Below, piece after piece: positions 41,376-48,877 of a stretch of 64,000 nt of DNA. Both the position numbers and the translations under genes were made by a program. The stretch comes from Pseudomonadota bacterium. GTDB taxonomy: Bacteria > Pseudomonadota > Gammaproteobacteria > Burkholderiales > Burkholderiaceae_D. The stretch is from positions 698-64,697 of the forward strand of contig JAZJYH010000044.1 in assembly GCA_040390485.1 (NCBI GenBank), written 5' to 3'. The notes under the pieces are model-generated. The model saw only the letters and a list, made by a program, of their open reading frames with translations, had not been told where the DNA came from and did not search any database. Positions within the stretch are counted from its first letter, which is position 1. Each line of letters starts with the position of its first letter.

Positions 41376-43235
41376 GTGAACCACAAATCCAACAAGCCGA
41401 CAAATACCCAGGCTACTTCCGCTTCCCAGTCACAACTGGCAAGGCATCTGTCCACTTCTGGTTTTGCGGTAAAAACTTCCTTCCTTGTCGTTGCAGCAGC
41501 TGCTGCCAGCATTGGCTTCAGCCATCCTGCTCACGCAGTACAACCTGTTTCCAATCAGAATGCCGCTGAATCCTGGGCTCCCGGCCGTATCCTGGTCGTG
41601 CCACGCGCCGGCTTGCCGGAAAAAGAACTGGCCAAGATCCTCGCCGTGCACGGCGGCAAAGGCCGCAAGATCGGCCAGAGCAGCATGTATATCGTCGACC
41701 TGCCTGGTAACGGCTCCGAAAAAGACATCGCCGCCAAATTGTCGCAGCATCCGCACCTGAAGTTTGCCGAAATCGACCGCCGCGTCGCCGGCAGCTTCGT
41801 GCCGAATGACCCTTACAACGGCAGCGAATACCACCTGACCACGATCGGCGCACCCGCCGCCTGGGATTCTTCCCAAGGCGCAGGCATCACCATCGCCATC
41901 CTGGATTCCGGTGTCGACCCTACCCACCCTGATCTCGTTCCCAATCTGGTGGCCGGCTACAATTTCTACGACAACAACACCAATACCGCCGACGTCAACG
42001 GCCACGGTACCGCCGTTGCCGGCGCCGCCGCCGCCGCCAGCAATAACGGCATCGGTGTGGCCGGTGTCGCAGGCCAGGCCAAGATCATGCCGGTGCGTAT
42101 CGCCGATGCCAATGCCTACGCCTATTACAGCACCATCGCCCAGGGCTTGACCTGGGCCGCCGATCACGGCGCGCGTGTTGCCAACATCAGCTACGGCGGC
42201 GTGGCCGGCAGCCCCTCGATCCAGAGCGCGGCACAGTACATGAAGAGCAAGGGCGGCCTGGTCGTGGTCTCTGCCGGCAATAACGGCATCAATGAAACCA
42301 CTGCACCGACCACCACCATGATCCCGGTCTCGGCCACCGACAGCAATGATGCACTGGCCAGCTGGTCTAGCTATGGCAGCTTTGTGGCCGTATCCGCGCC
42401 TGGCGTTGCGATCTGGTCCACTTCGAATGGCAGCGCCTACGGACAACATTCGGGCACTTCCTTCTCCGCCCCGATTACTGCTGGCGCCGTTGCGCTTGCC
42501 ATGTCGGCCAATACCACTCTGGACGGCACCCAAGTGGAAAGCATGCTGTACTCCACAGCAAAGGACCTCGGCACCGCCGGCCGCGACATCTACTTCGGCT
42601 ACGGCCGGGTCAACGCAGCGGGCCTGGTGCAAGCCGCAGTCGCTGCCAAGCCGGTCGTTGATACGCAAGCGCCGACCGCCTCCATTTCGGCACCGCTGGC
42701 CAACGCCACCGTATCCGGACTGGTAGCCGTCAACGCCAATGCCGCCGACAATGTCGGCGTGGCACGGGTGGAATTGAAAATCAACGGCAACGTAGTCGCT
42801 GTTGACAACGCCGCCCCGTTCGCTTTCAGCTGGGATTCAAGCGGCGTTGCCAATGGTATGGCAAGCATCGTGGTAGTCGCCTATGATGCAGCCGGCAACG
42901 CTACCGCTTCTGCACCTGTCTCGGTTAACGTGAGCAATACCGTTGTCATCGTTCCCAAAGACACTACCCCGCCTGTAGTTGCCATCACCAACCCTGTTGC
43001 AGGTAGCGTCAGCGGCACTGTCACTGTCAGCGTCAATGCCTCCGACAACAGCGGCGCTGCCGGCATCACCCAATCCCTGTATATCGACGGCGCATTGAAG
43101 GCCACCGGTACCGGCTCGACACTCGGATACAGCTGGAACACCCGCAAGGTTTCTTCCGGTGCCCACACTATCCAGGTCGTTGCAAAGGATGCCGCCGGCA
43201 ATACCACTAGCTCTACCGTGCAGGTAAGCAGGTAA
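41376..43235 (+). CDS. Secreted S8 subtilisin-like (thermitase-type) protease with two C-terminal Ig-like domains, copy 1
   Basis: Triad ILDSG, NGHGT, GTSFSAP; prodomain; two DTxAP/DTTPP-initiated Ig-like repeats; GTG start after AGGAG. Confidence 0.93.
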   Translation: MNHKSNKPTNTQATSASQSQLARHLSTSGFAVKTSFLVVAAAAASIGFSHPAHAVQPVSNQNAAESWAPGRILVVPRAGLPEKELAKILAVHGGKGRKIGQSSMYIVDLPGNGSEKDIAAKLSQHPHLKFAEIDRRVAGSFVPNDPYNGSEYHLTTIGAPAAWDSSQGAGITIAILDSGVDPTHPDLVPNLVAGYNFYDNNTNTADVNGHGTAVAGAAAAASNNGIGVAGVAGQAKIMPVRIADANAYAYYSTIAQGLTWAADHGARVANISYGGVAGSPSIQSAAQYMKSKGGLVVVSAGNNGINETTAPTTTMIPVSATDSNDALASWSSYGSFVAVSAPGVAIWSTSNGSAYGQHSGTSFSAPITAGAVALAMSANTTLDGTQVESMLYSTAKDLGTAGRDIYFGYGRVNAAGLVQAAVAAKPVVDTQAPTASISAPLANATVSGLVAVNANAADNVGVARVELKINGNVVAVDNAAPFAFSWDSSGVANGMASIVVVAYDAAGNATASAPVSVNVSNTVVIVPKDTTPPVVAITNPVAGSVSGTVTVSVNASDNSGAAGITQSLYIDGALKATGTGSTLGYSWNTRKVSSGAHTIQVVAKDAAGNTTSSTVQVSR

Positions 43236-43280
43236 GCAGGTAAATTAGCAAAGCAGCAAGCGGCATATCGCCGCCTGCAT

Positions 43281-43318
43281 AAAAAAACCTGGGCCCCCAA
43301 AAGGGCCCAGTTTTTTTT
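43281..43318. terminator. Bidirectional-type terminator between protease 1 and PEP-CTERM 1
   Basis: A-tract, CTGGGCCC-CCAAAA-GGGCCCAG, T8. Confidence 0.85.
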
Positions 43319-43459
43319 ATGTTTTATGCTTTTGCACGCCTACCATTTGCTATTGATCTGCTACTGATTTGCGATTGATTGCCTATTGTCGAGATTTTGG
43401 ATATATACATTCCCAATCAGGAATGTACGGCCAATGCCGCAATGCCTCTCGGCAAGCGA

Positions 43460-44158
43460 TTATTGCAGGCGGCGGCGCGCTGCCGCCAAGCCAAGCAATC
43501 CCAGCCCGAACAGCGCCAGGCTGGCTGGCTCTGGAACTTCGTTGCCGCCACCGCCGCCGCAGTCGACAGTGCAAACAACCGGCGGGGTGCATTGAGTACC
43601 AGTGCAGGAAAATTCAAAGGAACCGGGGCCAGTCTGGAATTTGACGCCAAGTGGGTCAAAAGTAATCAGGCTATTGGAGCCGCCGAATGCGCCGGTCAAG
43701 ATCAATACAAACGAATCCGATGCGCCGGCCAGGATACCGCCATTCCCGCCGCCATTGCAGTTGTTTCCGCCGAACGCGCACACTTCTATTGCAGCAAGGC
43801 TAGGGATATTATCCAGCGAGGCGTTGACCATACCGCCATCGGCTGCGTCCGAGAATGTGACAGCGGTTACGTTAGGATTTATTCCAAAACCGAAGGCAGT
43901 CAGCCGATCACCGGCGACTGTCGATAAGTTATTGAGTGTAACGGCAAGTGTTGCGCTGGTCGCGCTCAATGCCGTGATGTCCAAGGTCCCACTCAACGCA
44001 ACCGTGCCGGCAGTAGTCCCTGTCGCCAGGGAAAACGCGAATGCTACCGGCGGATTAGCCAGCCCGATGACGATCGCATTTGCCTGGCCGGCGCCGAATG
44101 CCGAAAATGCAAATGCTAAAACGGCGCCTGCCAACTTCTTTAAATATGAATTTTTCAT
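43460..44158 (-). CDS. PEP-CTERM surface protein, cistern-like, copy 1
   Basis: Signal peptide; CAFGGNNCNGGG Cys turn; C-terminal VPEPASLALFGLGLLGLAAARRR; RBS GGAGAGG. Confidence 0.9.
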   Translation of the reverse strand: MKNSYLKKLAGAVLAFAFSAFGAGQANAIVIGLANPPVAFAFSLATGTTAGTVALSGTLDITALSATSATLAVTLNNLSTVAGDRLTAFGFGINPNVTAVTFSDAADGGMVNASLDNIPSLAAIEVCAFGGNNCNGGGNGGILAGASDSFVLILTGAFGGSNSLITFDPLGVKFQTGPGSFEFSCTGTQCTPPVVCTVDCGGGGGNEVPEPASLALFGLGLLGLAAARRRLQ

Positions 44159-44187
44159 GTACCTCTCCATTGTTATGAATTTGTATA

Positions 44188-44204
44188 TGCACTTTCCATA
44201 CCAG
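44188..44204 (-). promoter_or_regulatory. sigma54-type -24/-12 promoter of PEP-CTERM 1
   Basis: Minus strand CTGGTATGGAAAGTGCA = GG-N10-GC. Confidence 0.6.
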
Positions 44205-44265
44205 AACAAAATTCCCCAGCAAAATCAATTACTTATACTTTTTTAAGTCCAACCAATATCAAAAA

Positions 44266-44282
44266 TGTAAATATTTTCGACA
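44266..44282. promoter_or_regulatory. Candidate enhancer (UAS) for PEP-CTERM 1
   Basis: TGTAAATATTTTCGACA (TGT-N11-ACA), 64 bp from the -24 G, the same spacing as in unit 2. Confidence 0.55.
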
Positions 44283-44355
44283 AGAAAAAATGCTGTAAAA
44301 AACATCATTCCATACAGCAAGAATTCTTCATGGAAATGGATAACTGTAAGAAAAA

Positions 44356-44380
44356 TTTCAAACTGTTTCCAGTTGAAACA
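44356..44380. promoter_or_regulatory. Conserved 25-bp palindromic motif, copy 2
   Basis: TTTCAAACTGTTTCCAGTTGAAACA. Confidence 0.55.
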
Positions 44381-44494
44381 GTGCTCAATAAAAATCTTGA
44401 CCCTGGGCTAAACTCCCGCCATTGCTTACGATAAATAGAGGCGTTCTCCTTTCAACGCAGTCGCGAAACAGTTTTGTTAAAGCTGCAAAGCGGC

Positions 44495-44583
44495 GCCTGT
44501 AAAGGGCAAACCCATCCAAAGGTGGGGACGCAAAATCACCGGTCTAAAGGGCTTTAAAGCCCCATGACAGCGGGTTGCCAGGC
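44495..44583 (+). ncRNA. c-di-GMP-I (GEMM) riboswitch aptamer, copy 2 (CAAA loop variant)
   Basis: Same core as copy 1; P1 GCCTG/CAGGC (compensatory change); P2 loop CAAA at 44517-44520; P3 tip GGGCT-TTAA-AGCCC. Confidence 0.88.
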
Positions 44584-44708
44584 TAGCAGTCGAGCGGGTC
44601 GTCTTATTGAGACCTGCCGGCGAAGATTGGGTAGCGCGGTTTTAAGACGCTACGGTGGATGTTATTGTCCGCCTTTCATTCTTGCGCTTTTTGCGCGTTA
44701 TTCTGTAC

Positions 44709-44761
44709 TGCAACTCCTGTTCGTGGGTGTTTCACCAGCCCAAACAACGCAAGGAGTTGCA
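44709..44761 (+). promoter_or_regulatory. Shine-Dalgarno-sequestering hairpin of protease 2
   Basis: TGCAACTCCT (44709-44718) / AGGAGTTGCA (44752-44761). Confidence 0.7.
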
Positions 44762-44763
44762 CA

Positions 44764-46629
44764 ATGAATTACCCATCCAGGAAATCGACAAATACCCAAT
44801 CTACCGAGTCTACGGTCCATACTCAATCGCCGGTAAGACGCTTGTCAGCTTCTGGTCTTGCGCTTAAAACCTCCGTCCTTGCCGTTGCTGCCGTTGCTGC
44901 CGCTGCTTTCAGCGTCGGCCCTGCCTACGCCGTACAACCTGTGTCCAATCAGCATGAGGCTGAATCCTGGGCTCCCGGCCGCATCCTGGTCGTGCCGCGC
45001 GCCGGCTTGCCGGAAAAAGAACTGGCCAAGATCCTTGGCGTGCACGGCGGCAAGGGCCGCAAGATCGGCCAGAGCGACATGTACATCGTCGACCTGCCGA
45101 GCAACGGCTCAGAAAAAGACATCGCCGCCAAACTGTCGCGCCACCCGCACCTGAAGTTTGCCGAGATCGACCGCCGCGTCGCCGGCAGCTTCGTACCTAA
45201 CGATCCCTACAACGGCAGCGAATACCACCTGACCAAGATCGGCGCGCCTACCGCCTGGGATTCTTCCCAAGGCGCAGGCATCACCATCGCCATCCTGGAT
45301 TCCGGTGTCGACCCTACCCACCCTGATCTCGTTCCCAATCTGGTGGCCGGCTACAATTTCTACGACAACAACACCAATACCGCCGACGTCAACGGCCACG
45401 GTACCGCCGTTGCCGGCGCCGCCGCCGCCGCCAGCAATAACGGCATCGGTGTGGCCGGTGTCGCAGGCCAGGCCAAGATCATGCCGGTGCGTATCGCCGA
45501 TGCCAATGCCTACGCCTATTACAGCACCATCGCCCAGGGCTTGACCTGGGCCGCCGATCACGGTGCGCGGGTTGCCAATATCAGCTACGGCGGCGTGGCC
45601 ACCAGCCCCTCGATACAGAGCGCGGCGCAGTATATGAAAGGTAAAGGCGGCCTGGTCGTGGTCTCTGCCGGTAATAACGGCATCAATGAGAACATCACGC
45701 CGACGACCACCATGATTCCGGTCACCGCCACCGACAGCAATGACGCGCTGGCCAGCTGGTCCAGCTACGGCAGCTTTGTGGCGATGTCCGCGCCTGGCGT
45801 TGCGATCTGGTCTACTTCGATGGGCAGCACCTACGGCCAGCACTCCGGCACTTCCTTCTCCGCCCCGATTACTGCCGGCGCCATTGCGCTTGCGATGTCG
45901 GCCAACACCACGCTTGCCGGTACGCAAGTGGAAAGCATGCTGTACTCCACGGCAACCAACCTCGGCGCCGCCGGCCGCGATATCTATTTCGGCTACGGCC
46001 GGGTGAATGCAGCGGGCCTCGTGCAGGCAGCCGTGGCAGCCAAGCCGGTAACGGATACCCAGGCGCCGACCGCCTCCATTTCCGCGCCGCTGGCTAACGC
46101 CACCGTATCCGGACTTATCGCCGTCAATGTCAATGCTAGCGACAACGTCGGCGTGGCGCGGGTGGAACTGAAAATCAACGGCAACGTAGTCGCCGTGGAT
46201 AGCGCCGCTCCTTTCGCCTTCAGCTGGGATTCGCATGGTGTTGCCAATGGTATGGCGAGCATCGTGGTAGTCGCCTATGATGCAGCCGGCAACGCCACCG
46301 CATCAGCGCCTGTCTCGGTGAATGTCTCCAACAGCACTGTCGTGGCTGCCAAAGATACGACCCCGCCTGTGGTTGCCATCACCAATCCTGTGGCAGGTAG
46401 CGTCAGCGGCAATGTCACTGTCAGCGTCAACGCCTCCGACAACAGCGGCGCTGCCGGCATCACCCAATCCCTGTATATCGACGGCGCATTGAAGGCCACC
46501 GGTACCGGCTCAACCCTTGGATACAGCTGGAACACCCGCAAGGTTTCTGCCGGTGCACACACTATCCAGGTCGTTGCGAAGGATGCTGCCGGCAATACCA
46601 GCAGCTCTACCGTGCAGGTAAGCAAGTAA
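44764..46629 (+). CDS. Secreted S8 protease with two C-terminal Ig-like domains, copy 2
   Basis: Same triad and architecture as copy 1; coding offset 3394 bp; ATG after AGGAG. Confidence 0.93.
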   Translation: MNYPSRKSTNTQSTESTVHTQSPVRRLSASGLALKTSVLAVAAVAAAAFSVGPAYAVQPVSNQHEAESWAPGRILVVPRAGLPEKELAKILGVHGGKGRKIGQSDMYIVDLPSNGSEKDIAAKLSRHPHLKFAEIDRRVAGSFVPNDPYNGSEYHLTKIGAPTAWDSSQGAGITIAILDSGVDPTHPDLVPNLVAGYNFYDNNTNTADVNGHGTAVAGAAAAASNNGIGVAGVAGQAKIMPVRIADANAYAYYSTIAQGLTWAADHGARVANISYGGVATSPSIQSAAQYMKGKGGLVVVSAGNNGINENITPTTTMIPVTATDSNDALASWSSYGSFVAMSAPGVAIWSTSMGSTYGQHSGTSFSAPITAGAIALAMSANTTLAGTQVESMLYSTATNLGAAGRDIYFGYGRVNAAGLVQAAVAAKPVTDTQAPTASISAPLANATVSGLIAVNVNASDNVGVARVELKINGNVVAVDSAAPFAFSWDSHGVANGMASIVVVAYDAAGNATASAPVSVNVSNSTVVAAKDTTPPVVAITNPVAGSVSGNVTVSVNASDNSGAAGITQSLYIDGALKATGTGSTLGYSWNTRKVSAGAHTIQVVAKDAAGNTSSSTVQVSK

Positions 46630-46680
46630 TTGTATGGCCAAGCACTAAATAAGCAGGCCGGCACATACGGTGCGTCATAA

Positions 46681-46708
46681 AAAAACTGGGCCCAAGGGCC
46701 CAGTTTTT
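46681..46708. terminator. Bidirectional-type terminator between protease 2 and PEP-CTERM 2
   Basis: AAAAACTGGGCCC-AA-GGGCCCAGTTTTT. Confidence 0.85.
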
Positions 46709-46847
46709 GTTTGTGCAGCAAGTTCTTTGGCGAGATGCCTAAGCTGTGATTCCAAAATATTCCTCTGCATTCACTATTGTCGAAATTTTTTACATCTCTT
46801 TTTTCAATCAAGTAGCGAACATCGAAAACCTTGCTCCTTGCACACGC

Positions 46848-47567
46848 TTATTGCAGGCTGCGACGCATTGCAGCCAGACCCAGCAATCCCAGACTGAACA
46901 GCAACAAGCTTGCTGGCTCTGGAATTTCATTACCGCCGCCACCGCCGCAATCCGGTCCTGTGCAGGGAACAGGAGTGCATTGGGCGCCAACGCACTGAAA
47001 CTCAAAGGAACCAAACTCGGTCTGGTACTTCACTCCCAAAGGATCGAAAGTAATTGTACTGCCGAATGCGCCAGTCAAAGTCAGCACAAACGAATCCGAG
47101 TTGCCCGGGCCAGGAGAAGGGAAGAGACCGTTACCCGTCCCACCAGCACAATTATTGCCGCCCCATGTGCACACCTCAATATCTTTGAGGCTAGGAAGAC
47201 CAGGACTACCAGGAATACCAACTATTCCCGCATCGATGATCCCTGCATCGGCTGCATCCGAAAATGCCACGGCGGTGACATTAGGATCTACCCCAAAGCC
47301 CCAAGCCGTGAGCCTATCGCCGGCAACTGTTGATAAGTTATTCAAGGTAATAGCCACGGTAGCGCTGGTCGCGGTCAATCCTGTGATGTCTATGGTGCCG
47401 CTCCAGGACAGTAAGCCTGCTCCATTCCCCGAAGGCATGGAAAACGCAAACGCAACAGGAGGATCCGCGAGGCCTATGGTGATCGCATTGGCAGAACTAA
47501 AACCGAAGATGGAAAACGCAAGCGCTAGGATAGTGCTCGCAAGCTTCTTTATAGATAATTTATTCAT
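46848..47567 (-). CDS. PEP-CTERM surface protein, cistern-like, copy 2
   Basis: Signal peptide; CTWGGNNCAGG; C-terminal IPEPASLLLFSLGLLGLAAMRRS; RBS CAGGAG. Confidence 0.9.
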   Translation of the reverse strand: MNKLSIKKLASTILALAFSIFGFSSANAITIGLADPPVAFAFSMPSGNGAGLLSWSGTIDITGLTATSATVAITLNNLSTVAGDRLTAWGFGVDPNVTAVAFSDAADAGIIDAGIVGIPGSPGLPSLKDIEVCTWGGNNCAGGTGNGLFPSPGPGNSDSFVLTLTGAFGSTITFDPLGVKYQTEFGSFEFQCVGAQCTPVPCTGPDCGGGGGNEIPEPASLLLFSLGLLGLAAMRRSLQ

Positions 47568-47598
47568 GGCATCTCTCCTGGTTAGACATATTTAGACA

Positions 47599-47615
47599 CG
47601 CATATTTTGTGCCAA
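47599..47615 (-). promoter_or_regulatory. sigma54-type promoter of PEP-CTERM 2
   Basis: Minus strand TTGGCACAAAATATGCG = TGGCAC-N5-ATGC. Confidence 0.7.
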
Positions 47616-47676
47616 ATTTTTAATTACCTGTCAAATCAAACAGTTATATTTTTCGGCCAATTGCTATAGAAAATGT

Positions 47677-47693
47677 CGTAAAAATTATCGACA
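47677..47693. promoter_or_regulatory. Candidate enhancer (UAS) for PEP-CTERM 2
   Basis: CGTAAAAATTATCGACA, 14/17 identical to 44266-44282 and 64 bp from the -24 G. Confidence 0.55.
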
Positions 47694-47926
47694 CTTTTCG
47701 TTACTGGACCGTAATGAAATGCCTTACCTACGGGGAAAATTAGGAGAAAACCACAAAAAAATATCGATGCAAAAACGAAATATTTTTATTGATATAAATT
47801 ATTTATTTCGTTTTATAAACATAGATTTTTGAGCGCAACATCCAGCCAGGATTTTCAAAAAAAATCAATCTCGTTTTGCGGCATTGCGCTGCACTGGCAT
47901 GTTGAAAAAAGGAAAAAATAAATTTC

Positions 47927-48877
47927 TTAACCGGGGGCAATTTCGGTATCGTAATGCGCCGTAACTTGGTGTTCCCTGCGCGCCGCCCAGCGCATCGCCG
48001 CGATGGTGACGGCGGCCAAGCCCAGGCCGGCAAAGGTATCCACCAGGTAATGCCCGCCTTCGGTCGGCGTCGACAGTATCATCACAAGATTGAGGGCGGA
48101 GGCAAGCAGGAACAGCGGGCGGCAATCGCGCAGTACGTAGGTCAGGATCACGGCCAACGCGGCGTGATAGGATGGAATGGAAATCAGGCCCTGGATATTA
48201 TCGATGTCGAACACCCGCATCGTGCCGTTACGCAATAAATCGAAATGCGATATCGTCTGCAGCTCGGCTTCGCTGCCGAGTCCGTAGTAGGTGAAAGCGC
48301 TATGCGCCGGAAAGCCCGCGGAAACCAGTAACAGCAACAGCGAGGACAACATGATGCAACTGACAAATTCACGCAAGTGCTGCGCCCGCCCGCTAAGGCC
48401 GAGAAACCAGGGAATCGCAATAAACTGCAACAGCAGGCTGGCATAGGCAATCTGCAAAACGGCACTAAGGACGCGGCTGCCTCGCACCCAAAGAAAAGCC
48501 TGCGCCCAATCAAAACCGATCAACTTGTCCCAGGCGGCAAGCTGCGCATCCACCACGGGCGGATTCAGCGTAACGGCCAGGTACTGCAAGACCCCGCCCG
48601 CAACGGTAAATACCGACAGCTGAAAAATGCAGTGCAAAGTCAACCGGGCTCTTTGCCCGTAGGGGCTGCGCGCCACTTCGCGATAGCGGGGAAGCCGTCC
48701 AATGAAAGCTAGCAACAGCAAGCCCAGCAGGGCAATCAAAAGAACGGCCAATGACTGGACACCGCGGACGGAATAATGCGATATCGACAACCAGACCGCA
48801 TCCACGACGAAAACGGCCAGCGTCAGCACCCACCGGAGCGCATCGCCTTGCGTCAATATTTTTATATTTTTCGGCAT
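47927..48877 (-). CDS. PAP2-superfamily membrane protein (PAP2_3 / IPC-synthase-like)
   Basis: Multiple TMs; FPAHSA, ISIPSYHAA, GGHYLVD motifs; divergent from the flp array. Confidence 0.8.
   Translation of the reverse strand: MPKNIKILTQGDALRWVLTLAVFVVDAVWLSISHYSVRGVQSLAVLLIALLGLLLLAFIGRLPRYREVARSPYGQRARLTLHCIFQLSVFTVAGGVLQYLAVTLNPPVVDAQLAAWDKLIGFDWAQAFLWVRGSRVLSAVLQIAYASLLLQFIAIPWFLGLSGRAQHLREFVSCIMLSSLLLLLVSAGFPAHSAFTYYGLGSEAELQTISHFDLLRNGTMRVFDIDNIQGLISIPSYHAALAVILTYVLRDCRPLFLLASALNLVMILSTPTEGGHYLVDTFAGLGLAAVTIAAMRWAARREHQVTAHYDTEIAPG

Noticed and set aside
43220-43243. GCAGGTAA x3 at the protease 1 stop
   Set aside because: Short slippage repeat; its only effect is a terminal R versus K.
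41108-44583. Riboswitches as cGAMP-sensing (GEMM-Ib) variants
   Set aside because: Both keep GGGCAAA, so the G20-equivalent is G, matching c-di-GMP specificity.
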